NCBI GenBank assembly: GCA_050613775.1
Contig: JBODTK010000016.1
Location: 682,001 to 746,000 of the forward strand
Direction of reading: 5' to 3'
Length of the DNA stretch: 64,000 nt
Source: Neocallimastix sp. 'constans'
Lineage: Eukaryota
Shown: piece after piece, positions 34,747-53,048 of the stretch
How the letters are laid out: each line of letters starts with the position of its first letter
Position numbering within the stretch: the first letter of the stretch is position 1
Notes under the pieces: generated by a model
Database searches by the model: none
Seen by the model: the letters and a program-made list of their open reading frames with translations, nothing else
Told to the model about the DNA's origin: nothing
Translations under genes and position numbers: made by a program

Positions 34747-35853
34747 ATGAGTTCTTTAAATTCACTACCTATACTTAAGCCAAAGAAGGTTGAATTAACT
34801 GAACAACCTAAATCTGATAAGGAATTGGAACGCTTAAGAAAAATAAGAGAAAGGTATATATATTATATTTAATATAATAATTAAATTTAAAATCTGGTAA
34901 ATTTGAAATTTGTTTAATATTTTATATACGAAATATCATATTAATTATTTGTTTTTAATAAATAAACTAAATTTTTTTTTTTTTTTTTTGTTTAAAAAAA
35001 AAAGAATAATCCGTAATAGAGCTTCAGCAAATGCTTCAAGACAAAAGAAGAAAGAATATATAGAATCATTAGAAAAGAAAAATAAAGAATTAACACAACA
35101 TAACGAAAAAATTGATAAAGAAAATCAAAAATTAAAAGATGAAAATGAAAATTTAAAATTACAAATACAATACTTAAGTCAAACTATAAATAAAATGAAT
35201 ACTTTTATAAATAAAAATGAATATAATACATTACAAAATATACAGAATGTACAAGCTCCAAATATTCTAAATATAAATAATAACGGTATATATTCTTCTC
35301 CTAAAACTGAAAATAATTTCACTTCTGGTATAAATTCATTTAACCAATTAAACTCACCTGATAGTCTTTCCAGCTCATCTCCTTTATTTAATATTACTCA
35401 AAGTATACCATCCAACAATAATAACCTTACCAACTTAATGAATAACAACGTTAGTACTTCCGTCAACGATATGAATGTATTATCTCTACAATCGAGTGTT
35501 GGCGAGCCCGCAGCGCTCACCAATGAGAATTCCCTGCAGCGGACACTCTTTTGCCGGAGAATAATGCAACAAATATTGCAGACGATAATATTAACGAAAT
35601 TCTTGACCAACTTTTTGATGGCAGCTATGACATTAATAATACGGAATTCAGCTTATCGACCGCTGAACAACAACAACAATTACAAGAACTTATATCAGAA
35701 AAGGAATTATACCAAAATTGTTCCAATTTCAGCACAGAATTCAACCCTGAACTACAAACTTCAGGAAGTGAATTATCACAAGAACAATTACTTCAATTAT
35801 TGGAACAACAAGTATACTTATTGGAAAGACAAAATGAGTTGACAATGTTTTAA
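34747..35853 (+). CDS. HAC1: HAC1/XBP1 bZIP transcription factor of the unfolded protein response; unspliced form ~314 aa (stop 35842), IRE1-spliced form ~309 aa (stop 35853)
   Basis: Exon 1 34747-34853 and a GT..AG intron 34854-35004 give ELERLRKIRERIIRNRASANASRQKKKEYIESLE followed by a leucine zipper. Two IRE1-type hairpins lie downstream. Confidence 0.9.
35499..35548 (+). promoter_or_regulatory. Twin IRE1 cleavage stem-loops flanking a 26-nt unconventional intron (35511-35536)
   Basis: TTGGCGAGC-[CCG^CAGC]-GCTCACCAA and TCC-[CTG^CAGC]-GGA. Both have 7-nt loops matching CNG^CAGN and form a GC island in AT-rich coding sequence. Confidence 0.9.
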
Positions 35854-36330
35854 AATTATATTTTAATTTATAATTTAAAACTATTTTTTTTAAAAAAATA
35901 AGTATAAATTAAAAACAAATTAAAAAAATAAAAAAAAATTGAAAAATTGAAAAAAAAAAAAAAAAAAATAAAAAATAAAAATAAAAAAAAAATAAAAATA
36001 AAAAATAAAAAAAATATAAAAAAATAAAAAAAAAAAAAAAAAAAGAAATTGAATAAAATTATATATAATAAAATTAAATTGGAAATATTAAAAAATAAGT
36101 AATAATAATAAAAAGTATTCATATTAATATAATAATTAATAAAATAATTAAAAATAAAATGATATTAATAAAAATTTTATAAAATAATATCTATCTTTAT
36201 TATATATTATTGTTTTCAAAGTATTTTAATAATTATATTTCTTAATTTCATTATTCAAAAAAAAAAAAATAATATAATGAAATTTAAATTTTTTTTATTA
36301 TTATTTTTGTTATTATTATTTTTTTTCTAT

Positions 36331-36840
36331 TTTTTTTTTTTTTTTTTTTTGCTCATCGACATTGTTATGGAAACTTGTTAATGCCAGATGCCAGATTATA
36401 CTGGATTGAAAGATTTTATAATGGGAACAGCTTTACATCCCTTTTATTATGTCTATAAAGAACTTTACAATTCCTCCTCTATCGACGAAATATGCGATTG
36501 CTCAAGATAGGGATATAGCAGGAAAATCAATCAAAGATTAGGCTTATAAGAAAATTTGAATTTAAGAAAATTTTAGAGACTGCTTACTTAAAGCCTCTAC
36601 TTTAAATATCCTGATTATAGCATTGGTTTCCGATGGGTACTTCATGCCAGATGTGGATAAAAATTCGATGCACGTGTTACCAAAGCCACCAATAGGGTTG
36701 AAGAAGACTATCCAGAAAAGTGTCCTTGTTGTTATAAAAAAATTTTTCAAAAAAAAAATACAATATCCTTAAAATATTTCATTCAAAAATCATGGAAAAG
36801 AAAACATTTTTAGGAAACCATTGTTCCAATCAAGGATTAC
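36331..36840 (-). mobile_element. Possible 3' remnant of a poly(A)-tailed retroelement
   Basis: GC-richer degenerate sequence abutting a ~T20 tract; no recognisable motif. Confidence 0.3.
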
Positions 36841-37328
36841 TATTTTATTTTATTTTATTTTATTTTATTTTATTTTTTTTTTTTTTTTTTTTTTATAATT
36901 ACCAAATATTGTCCAATATCAAATAGTAATTTAAACACTGTTTTCACAGATATGAATAATGTAAATTCTGATAGTAGTAGTAATGAAGAAATGAAGAGTA
37001 TAATATTAATAATAATAACAATAGAAATAATATTACTAATAACAATAATAGTATTGATACTGAAAATATGAATATTAATAAAGTTTAAAGTTCTCAATCA
37101 GTAATTGCAGCTATATATGTATAAAAAAAAAAAAAAAAAAAGAAGAAAAGAAAAGAAAAACTAAAGTTAATGAAAAAGCATACAAACCTTTCTTTTTTTT
37201 TTTCTTTTTTTTTTTTTTAAAAGTTTTATTAATTAAATCTATATATTAATTAAAAGATATATATATATTTTTATGGTATAAATATAACTATAATGATATA
37301 TTAAAAGGAAAGCAAGTTGAATATTATA

Positions 37329-37361
<33 letters not shown>

Positions 37362-38071
37362 CATCACATAAATAATGAAGAAGATTATTAATACATTTAT
37401 TAATTTATTGAGAAAAACTATTTCTTATTTATTATTGAAATGGAAAAATTGTTATTTCTTATACTATATTATTTTTATTAATTTCATATTTCTATTTTTT
37501 TTTTATAATTAAAATAAAATTAAATTTTAAAAATATTTATTCTTCATTTAAATTTTTTTATTATAATTACTATTAATTATTTATATATATTACTATTAAA
37601 AAAAATATTAATTGGATATTTTATTAATAACATTAATATGATAGATATTATATATGTAAATCAATACAAATTATTGATATTTAATATCTTTAAGGATATA
37701 TTTACATAAATTAATGTTGATAAATGTATTTAATCTCTTTAATTTCAAAAACAAATCAAATTTATCAAAGGTTAATTTAAATAAAATATATTTCAATTTC
37801 CCTTACTAATAAATCAAACAAATATTTTTATAATATTTATAATATACTATGCTTTACTTCCAAAAATAATATATTACTTTTTATATAATATTTTAATAAT
37901 ACATTTATAAATTAGTATTTGGATGATAGAAATCAATAAAAAATAAGTTTTATATAATAATTTAATATAAATTTACATATTAGTATATGGATGATAGGAA
38001 TCAAAAAATATATATATATTATAAAGTATTATAAATGAAAATAATTAATATATTTTATAATACTTATTTTC

Positions 38072-38103
<32 letters not shown>

Positions 38104-38771
38104 GTTAAAAAATTATAAAGGTTAAAATAATTATTTTTATAAAAACTTTAATACTCTTTTATACTATCTCATTGGTTTAATTAATTTAATTTTATATTTT
38201 TTTATTTATAAATATATATATATATATTATTTTTTTTGAAAATAAGAATATTTTGAAAAATTATATACACTAATAATTAATAATGAAAATAATTTATAAT
38301 TAAAAGTAAATATCATTAATATTGTTAAATTTTTAAAAACAAATTGTTAAAAACAAAAACATGAATGTAAAAATAAATTTCAAAATGGATATATTAATTA
38401 TTATTATTACTGTTATCATTTATCATTATTTTTTTATTTTTTATTTTTTTTTTTTTTTTTACATATTTCTAATTTTATAACATTTTTTAAATAGAGGAAA
38501 TCAACTTTTTAAATCTAAAATATGATTAATTATTCTATTTTTCCTTATATATAAAAATTATATTTTGGTCCCTTCTTTTCTTTTTTCCAAAGAATATAAT
38601 GTATAAAAATGGTAGCCTTTATTTTATTCCATTTTTTTTTTTTTTTTGTTAATGAAAAATATATATGTATGTTTCACATAGTTTTACTAATCCAATAATA
38701 TCTATCATTTTTCATATATAATATATATAATATATAATATAAATAGAAATATTTTAATTTAATTTAATTTA

Positions 38772-39384
38772 ATTTATTTTTATTTTATTTTATTTTATTT
38801 TATTTTATTTTATTTTATTTTATTTTATTTTATTTTATTTTATTTTATTTTATTTTATTTTATTTTATTTTATTTTATTTTATTTTATTTTATTTTATTT
38901 TATTTTATTTTATTTTATTTTATTTTATTTTATTTTATTTTATTTTATTTTATTTTATTTTATTTTATTTTATTTTATTTTATTTTATTTTATTTTATTT
39001 TATTTTATTTTATTTTATTTTATTTTATTTTATTTTATTTTATTTTATTTTATTTTATTTTATTTTATTTTATTTTATTTTATTTTATTTTAATTTTATT
39101 TTATTTTATTTTATTTTATTTTATTTTATTTTATTTTATTTTATTTTATTTTATTTTATTTTATTTTATTTTATTTTATTTTATTTTATTTTATTTTATT
39201 TTATTTTTATTTTATTTTATTTTATTTTATTTTATTTTATTTTATTTTATTTTATTTTATTTTATTTTATTTTATTTTATTTTATTTTATTTTATTTTAT
39301 TTTATTTTATTTTATTTTATTTTATTTTATTTTATTTTATTTTATTTTATTTTATTTTATTTTATTTTATTTTATTTTATTTTT
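38772..39384. repeat. (TTTTA)n pentanucleotide array, ~610 bp
   Basis: Direct reading. Confidence 0.95.
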
Positions 39385-40467
39385 AAAATTTTATTTTTAT
39401 TAAAAAAAAAATGAAAAAAAATGAAATAAAATGAAATAAAATAAATAAATAAAATAAATAAATAGTACCACTTTATCTTTTTTGTATTCGTATCGTTTTG
39501 ATAATATTACTTTTTTTGTATTGCATTCATTAATTTACTTTTTAGGAATCATCGAGGAATTGTTATTATTGATTTTAATTGAATTAATATCATAATATAT
39601 TAAATTTAAACGTAATTTTAAAAATTTTCTATACTTATATAATGTAATTTATATGCAATTCTTTATTAATGAAATAAAATTTTATTTAATAAAATATATA
39701 AAATATATTATTATAATATATTGAAATATAAATTAATATTAGTAAATATAAGAATAATAAAAAACAACGAATCTTCATTCAGTGATATTTTTAATAATAT
39801 ATATTTTTTATTTTTATTATAAAATATTAATTATAGATATATGTATATATATGAGTATTCTTTATAAATTTATATATCATGCATTAAACAGTTTTATTCA
39901 AAAATTTTGTCAATTAGCAATAAAAAAAAATATACAATTTTTGGAATAATTTATAATATTATTACATTATTTATATATATATTTTGTATATATATATATA
40001 AAATTATATATATACAAAATATTGGTTAGAATTAATGTTATTTTATATTGTTTTTTTTAATACTTGTGTAAATCTTATTTTACTTTAACATTTACTATTT
40101 GTTTGTGTAAAACTTTAAACATTTTTTTTTAGATTAAATTTTTGTTATTATTAAATAATTATCTAATAATATTCATTCAAACTTTAATATATATAAAAGT
40201 TAATTCAGTCTATATGTAACATTATAAATTATAAATTAGCATTAAATAATGATCACATGTTCATTAATTATAAACAAGTGATCACACGTTAAAATAAAAT
40301 TATTTGATAATTTTTTAAGAATAAATCATTATTTTATAATTAAATTATTAAATATATATTAGGATTAAAGAAAAAAAAATTATTTCTTCTTTTTATTAAT
40401 TCTAATATATATAATTGCAAGACCAATTGTTTTATGTTTTAATATAGTAATAATAAATTTCCAAAAA

Positions 40468-40502
<35 letters not shown>

Positions 40503-40669
40503 AAATAAAAATAAAAATAAAAATAAAAATAAAAATAAAAATAAAAATAAAAAAAACTAAAAATGGAAAATACTTTATTATATGTAATGAAATTAAATCA
40601 ATAAATATATAGATAGATAGATAAGCAAATAAATTAATAAATATGAATAAATAATAAAATAATATAAAT

Positions 40670-41005
40670 TGTTAGAAATAAAGTTTAATATATGAATATT
40701 ATTCTTGTTATTAAACAAAATAACATATATAAATTTTATATATAAATATTGTAAATTATTAAGATATCAACTATTATATAAATTGTAATATGGCGCATGT
40801 ATGACGTACATAAAACATTTATGTAATAACACATAAAATATAATTGTGACATAATTAAAATTTATGTAGTAAAAATATATATAAAAAAGAATATTAAAAA
40901 TAATTATTAAAAAGTAGTTAACTATAATTATAAATAAATAAATAAATATTAATAAAATAATAAATAAAATTTGAAATTACGAAATTTGAAGTGTGAATTC
41001 TAAAA
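40670..41005 (+). repeat. 5' LTR
   Basis: TGTTAGAA...TTCTAAAA; no difference from the 3' LTR seen by eye. Confidence 0.95.
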
Positions 41006-41129
41006 GATTAAGAGTCTCATTTTTGAGCTTTAAAAATATTTTACAGTATATTCAAAATAACAAAATTAGTATATTTAATTATTTTTTAAGAATTACAAGT
41101 TTTAATAATTTTTGAAATTTCAATTTAAA

Positions 41130-42202
41130 ATGTCAAACTTCAAAATTGATAAGTTCATAACAAACAACTCAAATGGCACATTCAAGAAGTTGGAAATTGA
41201 TTGTGACTACTATGAAGTTTGGGCAATTAAGATGAAACTATTATTTATCATAAATGGTCTTGAGGAATGCATTGAGAAAGATATGCTACCTAAGATTAAT
41301 AAAACTGATTCCGAGTACGAGGAAGGACTGATTAAGGTAATTGGAACCAGTGATAAATATTACAAAAAGAAAATAACAAAAGACATGATTAAAGAAGACT
41401 GTAAAGCAAAATGGCTTATCAGTGAGAATATATCTGATGAATTACTTATGAAGGTTGGCTTCGAGGAAAAGTCTTCTTATGATATTTGGAATAATATTAA
41501 AATTAGTTTTAAGAAAAGTAATAATGCATTAAAGACCGAAATAAAAAATGAATTAGATGAAATGAAATACGATAGAAATGAAGATTTCAACTTATTTCTT
41601 TCAAATATGATAAATAAATTCAATAAGTTAAGGGAATTGAATGCGGAACCATCCTCAGATGAAAAATTTGATTATTTATGGTCTGCTTTACCTGATGATA
41701 TTCAATCTAAATCAAATATGATGGAATATCAAGATGACTGGGATAAGTGCTGCTCCCATATGATAAAGTCCGTACCAAGATTAAAACAATTGAAAGATAA
41801 AGAAATCAAGAAAACACAGGGTATGGCTCTATACAGCTATAATAAAAATAATAACTATAAAAAATATAATAGTTTCAACAGAACAAATAATGTTATTTGT
41901 TATAAATGTAATAAAAGAGGACATATCGCAAAATATTGTCCTGAAAAACAAATAACAAGGAAAAGTAAAGGCAAATATATAAATAAAAATGAACATCAAT
42001 CCCCTAATCACAACAAAAGATACAACAAAAGAAGAAGATATCAAGCTAATAATGCAGAAGATAAGGGATATGATGACTCTTATTCAGAGGCATTTACAGC
42101 TGATTACAATAATAATGAGGAGAATCAAAATAACTTAGCTATAGTATTGAATAATAGCAAAGGTAAACAAAGGGATCAAAAATTCAACAAAAACAAACAT
42201 AT

Positions 42203-42212
<10 letters not shown>
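41130..42212 (+). CDS. gag: Copia Gag
   Basis: First ATG at 41130, YEVWAIKM motif, zinc knuckle CYKCNKRGHIAKYC. Confidence 0.92.
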
Positions 42213-46993
<4,781 letters not shown>

Positions 46994-47039
46994 AAATAAT
47001 AAATTTTTTTATTTAAAGAATATTAAACTTTAGGGGGAA

Positions 47040-47375
47040 TGTTAGAAATAAAGTTTAATATATGAATATTATTCTTGTTATTAAACAAAATAACATATAT
47101 AAATTTTATATATAAATATTGTAAATTATTAAGATATCAACTATTATATAAATTGTAATATGGCGCATGTATGACGTACATAAAACATTTATGTAATAAC
47201 ACATAAAATATAATTGTGACATAATTAAAATTTATGTAGTAAAAATATATATAAAAAAGAATATTAAAAATAATTATTAAAAAGTAGTTAACTATAATTA
47301 TAAATAAATAAATAAATATTAATAAAATAATAAATAAAATTTGAAATTACGAAATTTGAAGTGTGAATTCTAAAA
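47040..47375 (+). repeat. 3' LTR
   Basis: Direct repeat of 40670-41005 at offset 6370. Confidence 0.95.
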
Positions 47376-49634
47376 TAAATTGTATTAATTTTTATATTTA
47401 TTAGAATTAATATGTAAATAATAATATTTATCATTAGTATTTACGATTATTTTTATCAAAGTGTTATAAAAAATAAACATATTGTATTTATGATTAATTA
47501 ATAAGAAAAGTATAAAGTATTTTGCTTAGTATTTTGTTTAAATTTGGGTTGGTTTTATTATAAAATGAAATTATGAATAATCATCAAATTAATAACGTAC
47601 TGGTATGGCAGTTAATCATACACTCATATTACTATATGGGGAAGTCCAAAGTCTTCAGTCTATAAAAAAAAAAAAAATCAAATTAATAAACACTTTTATA
47701 TTGCATACATTTGAATATTTAAAATTCATTATCTCCAAAGAAGAAAAAAAAAAAAGTATTATATAATTATGGTGTGACTATCTACAAAAATTGTTTATTT
47801 TAATCTTATTTATTTGAATCAATTATAAAAATTTTATTTATATATAAATTATGAATAAGTAATTAATTAATTTTTATCAATTATATATATTAAAATTTAA
47901 ATTAATAAATAATTATCATTTTTAATGAATTAATGGGTAGTACAATTTCAAGCAATATAAGAATTAAAACATTTTTAATATTTATTTTATTTATAATCAT
48001 TACTATTTTTATTATTTTACATTTTCATTCTATTTATAATTATTTTTTAGTTATAATAATTGCAAATTATTTGAAATTATTTTAACAAATGTGAATTTAG
48101 GTTAACTTCGTTAATAAAAAAAAATATAAAGAATATACAACATAAAAAAAAAATCAATGTACATATATAATCAAATAAAACAAATTAATATATAAAACCA
48201 TATTTAAATCTTTAATCTTCTTTAAATATGAATAATAAATATAATAAATAATTATAAATAAATAATTAATAAATAATTAATAATTAATAAAAAGTAATAA
48301 TAATAATTAATAATTAATAAATAATAAATAATAAATAATAAATAAATAAATAAATAATAAATAATAATTTACTATTTAGTTTTGATAATAAATCTCAATT
48401 TCTGTTTATTTGATATTATTATATAATCTTTTACTATATTAATATTTGTACTACAAATTATTTTTTTAATTTTGCTTAAATATATTAAAATATATTATAA
48501 TATTTATTTAATATAAAAATAAGGCTGTTTTAAAAATTAAATATTTTTAATATATTAATTTTTGAACATCAAATAAATTAAAGCATTATATATTAATATT
48601 AATTTTAATGATATATATTAATAAATATTTAATAATTTTGTATTGTTTATATATAAAAGTAAATTAATAATAAATTTCTATTTTACTATTTAATATAAAT
48701 TTGTTTTATATAATATAGCATTATAGTTAATATATATAATATTTATTAATATATTTAATTAAATATATATCATCTAATATATTACATTTAGTTATTCTAA
48801 CATATTTATATATATATTTTTTCTCATATCTCATATAATAATAAAAAAAAAAAAAAAAAGGTCTAAAATTTTTTGATTTTTTTTCTTTATTTTTTTCTTT
48901 TATATTTCATATTTTTTTTTTCTAGTTTTATTTTTTATCCAGTTTTATTTAATATTTAGAACATTCAAAGCTCTTTATATATAAATTTTATTATATAAGA
49001 CATTTGTTTACATAAACAAATAATAAATATAGATTAAATATATATTAAAAAAAGAGTTTAAACATAAGAAATAAAATAAAGTAAAAAAAATTAAAAAAAA
49101 AAAAAATAGATAAATATTATAAGTGATAAAAAATAATAAATAAAAAGAATATAATACAAATTGGAAAAAAATAGAAATAATTATATTATAAAATAATTTA
49201 AATAATAAAGGTATTTATTTAATTATTATATACTTTAATATACAATAAAAAATTATTATTTTTTAAACAATAAAAATACTTACATTATTTATACTAATAA
49301 TTAAATATTTATTACTAATTCGGAATTACAAGGTAATTTAATTTAAAATAGGAATAAATTTAATTATTATTAATAAATAAAGCTTGTAAAAAAATATTAA
49401 TGAATATCAATATTATATATATATATTAGGATAAAGATACTATAAATGTAAATGTTCAACTATTTTATTATTTGAAAACAAATTATATATAGTTTAAGGA
49501 TAAATTATTAAATTATTTAAACTAATTGTTAAACAACTTTTCATATTTATTATATAAAGTATTTAGAATAAATATTATTTAAGAAACAAAAGATAAAAGT
49601 ATTAATAGAGTAATATATATTAATAAAAATCAAA

Positions 49635-51668
49635 ATGAATATCAAAAGTTTAAAGTGTATCTTTTTAATTTTTATTATACTATTATGTAATTGTAAGTTG
49701 AAATAAAATATTTATATTTTAATATAATTTTAAAATGTAGTATTAATAAAAACTATAATATATATTTCTAATAGCTGTATTCTGCCAGGAAGCTGATACT
49801 GATAAGTCAGACGGACAATCTGTAAAAAGTAAAACAGAAAGAAGTACAGATGTTTCTCAACCAACAGTAACTACAACGGCAAATGGTAAGAATATATTTA
49901 AAAATATTATTTTTTTTCTCTAATTTTTATTTTTAATAAAATAGTTAATTTTTACTTCGTTATAAATTGTTAAAGTTTAGAATAAAATATGTTAGAATAA
50001 AATAATTTAAAGTAATAGCAAAAAAGAATAATAATAATAAATTAAAATAAATATTATATAATAAATAAAATTGAAAAATTTATATCATCAATAAATTGAA
50101 GAAATAATAAAATACAAATAATTGAACATATAATGAAAAGGTTTTTTTTTTTTTTTTTTTTTTTATTTATTTATTGATATAAAATAGAAGGAATAATTAA
50201 TGGTACTCTGAATAGTTTTTGTTATTAATCTTTTTTTTTTCAATCTTTTTTATTTTATTATTATTAAATTTTTATTTTTTTTTTATTTTTGTTTTATTTA
50301 TTTTATTTTTATTTCATTTTTATTTAATTTATTTTTATTAAAATGGGGAATATAATTAATTAAAAGATAATATTGAACCAACTATTATTCAAGATAGTAA
50401 AACTACGACAACTACAATTAGTATTAGTATGTTTTTATATTTTTTTGCCATTTGTTTAAATTTTTATATTAAAAATTTTAGATTAATTAATTAATAATTT
50501 TAGATTAATTAATTAATAATAATAAAATTATTTTTTACTTAATAATTTTAAAGCCAGAACCACAGAAGTAACAACTACTAGAACTACAACCAGAACTACA
50601 ACTACAACTAGATCTAGTACAACAACTACAACCAGTAGTTATACTTCATCTAGTAATAATGTACCAAGTACAACTGAAAACCAAGTGAGTCAAGTACAAA
50701 CTCAAATACCAACCCAAACCCAAACAACCGTAGATCCAAATGCAGTTATTGGAAGTAATGTTAGTTCAAATATTCCAAGCGCAACTAATAATTCTATAGG
50801 AACTATAAATACTGATAAAGTTGATGATAATAATAAAAAAGAAGAAGGTATTTCAACATGGTATATGATTGTTGGTTTAGGTTTAATTGCTGTTATTGTA
50901 ATTGCTGCTATTGGATTTACTATTGCTGTTCAAAAGAAAAAGAAGAATAATACACAAAACCAATGGTCAGGACAAGATGATTTTGATTCAAGAGTTGTTC
51001 CAATTGCTCCCCCAGCTAATACATATAACATGGGAAATGCTCAAATGTCTCAACCACCAACAACTTATCAAGATACTTATGGTCAAGCTTATAATCAAGG
51101 TTATAATCAAGGTTATAATCAAGGACAAATGACATATAATGAACCAGCTGGTATGCAAATGCAACAAAATAATGGAGATAATTATAATGAGTATGATCAA
51201 TCCACTGATGAATATCTCCCAACTTCAGTTGATGAATTAAAGATTAATAATGTTTATGTATCACAATTCACATTCCAACCAGAATTGGATGATGAAATTG
51301 AAATTAATATTGATGATCAAATCTATATTGAAGTAATTTTTATTTTTAATTTTTATTTTTTAATTTTTATTTTTAATTTTTATTTTATTATTTTATTTTT
51401 ATTTATATTGTATAATATTATATTATCATTATTTTATATTTATTATTAGGTTGCATATTAAAAATAATTAAAAAACATTTTTTTTAATTTTATATTATAA
51501 TTATAGGAAATATTTGCTGATAATTGGGCCTTAGGTGTTAATACGGCTACTAATGCTCGTGGTTGTTTCCCATTAAACATCTTCTTAAATCCAAAGAGTA
51601 CATTAGATAATTCAAGATCTCAACGTACATTATCTTACTGTAGTACAGGAAATGGACCATCTTATTAA
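49635..51668 (+). CDS. Type I membrane protein: signal peptide, Thr/Ser-rich ectodomain, one TM helix, cytoplasmic C-terminal SH3; 5 exons
   Basis: MNIKSLKCIFLIFIILLCNSVFC signal peptide. Phase-consistent GT..AG exons (~49635-49692, 49775-49885, 50367-50426, 50554-51332, 51507-51668). TM WYMIVGLGLIAVIVIAAIGFTIAV followed by QKKKK. SH3 FQPELDDEIEI...DNWALG...RGCFPLN. Confidence 0.87.
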
Positions 51669-51908
51669 ATATAAAAAAAAACATATAACTTTTTTTTAAT
51701 TATAAAATTTATTTTCATTTGTTTTTAATTTCTTATTGAAGTCTCTTTTTTTTTTTTGACAAATTTAATATCTATCTAAAATCTTAATTATATATATATA
51801 ATGAAATAAATTATTTATAAAAAATAATTTAATATATATAATAATTTATTATTAAATTTTGGATTTATAAAAAAGTTTAAAGGAACTAATTAATTATAAA
51901 TATCTATG

Positions 51909-51950
<42 letters not shown>

Positions 51951-52034
51951 TTTTATCATATTTTATAAGTAATAATAATATTAATAAGTAAAAAAAAATA
52001 GTATAAAATTAAAAAAGATGATAAAAAAATAAAT

Positions 52035-52074
<40 letters not shown>

Positions 52075-52942
52075 AAAATAAGATATTAAAAAGAAATAGG
52101 TTGAAAGTAAAAGAAGGTTAAAAAAAAAAAAAAATAGTGAAGATTAATATATATTTAATGTTTAAATATAATTGTTATTTATTTATAAAAATATTAATAG
52201 ATATAGAAAGTAATAGAACTATATTTATAAAACAAAATAAATTCTATATTTTGTTTATATAATTTTTTGGATAAAGATTATATAACATTTATATAATATT
52301 TGATATTATAAATATGAAAATAATAATAATAATAAATTAAAAAAAAAAATTATTTGTAGTTCAATAAATTTTAATAAAGAAAATTTTAAATATATATGAT
52401 TATTATTATTTATATTTTATGTTTTTTTATTTTTGTTTTTATAATTATGATTCATTTAAAAAGAAAATTTTAATATTTAAATATGAATAAGAAATCATTT
52501 CTTTATTTATAATTTAATAAAGGGGAGTATAATTTTTTGATAAATTTATAACCAAAGTAATATTTATAAAATTGATATATATATACTACTCTGATTGTGC
52601 TAAATGTTTACTTTCATTAATACAGCAAGAGCGTCAACGCTGAAAATGCAGTAATTTTTTTTTTTTTTTTTTTATTTCCGGAGTGTACCGCCTTATGCCC
52701 CCTCAAGATATGGGAATATTAAGGTAGTCACAACACTTTGTGGATATAGTCCCTACTGGACAGCCTTACTGTTTATTCAGTATTGGCGCTCTAACCATAC
52801 ATATTATTGCTGAGATTTTCTAGCACGATTTTTCTCGGAATGCTTTTACGGTGCCTAACTACCTAGAAGCGAGGCTAGAGTAACCTAACCCAATTGAGTC
52901 ACGTGTTAGCCCATTTGGTAATAGTATTTAGTTAGTAGGTTA

Positions 52943-53048
52943 ATTATTCGTAGTTTAGCTACGTGCATATGAACCCATATGCTAAGAATTCGTAGATTGA
53001 TTATTCGTAGTTTAGCTACGTGCATATGAACCCATATGCTAAGAATTC
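52943..53048. repeat. 49-bp exact direct repeat (period 57 bp) containing two small hairpins
   Basis: ATTATTCGTAGTTTAGCTACGTGCATATGAACCCATATGCTAAGAATTC at 52943-52991 and 53000-53048. Confidence 0.9.

Noticed and set aside
34910..35004. N-terminus of the 310-aa ORF as called in the track
   Set aside because: Lies inside a GT..AG intron; the better start is ATG 34747.
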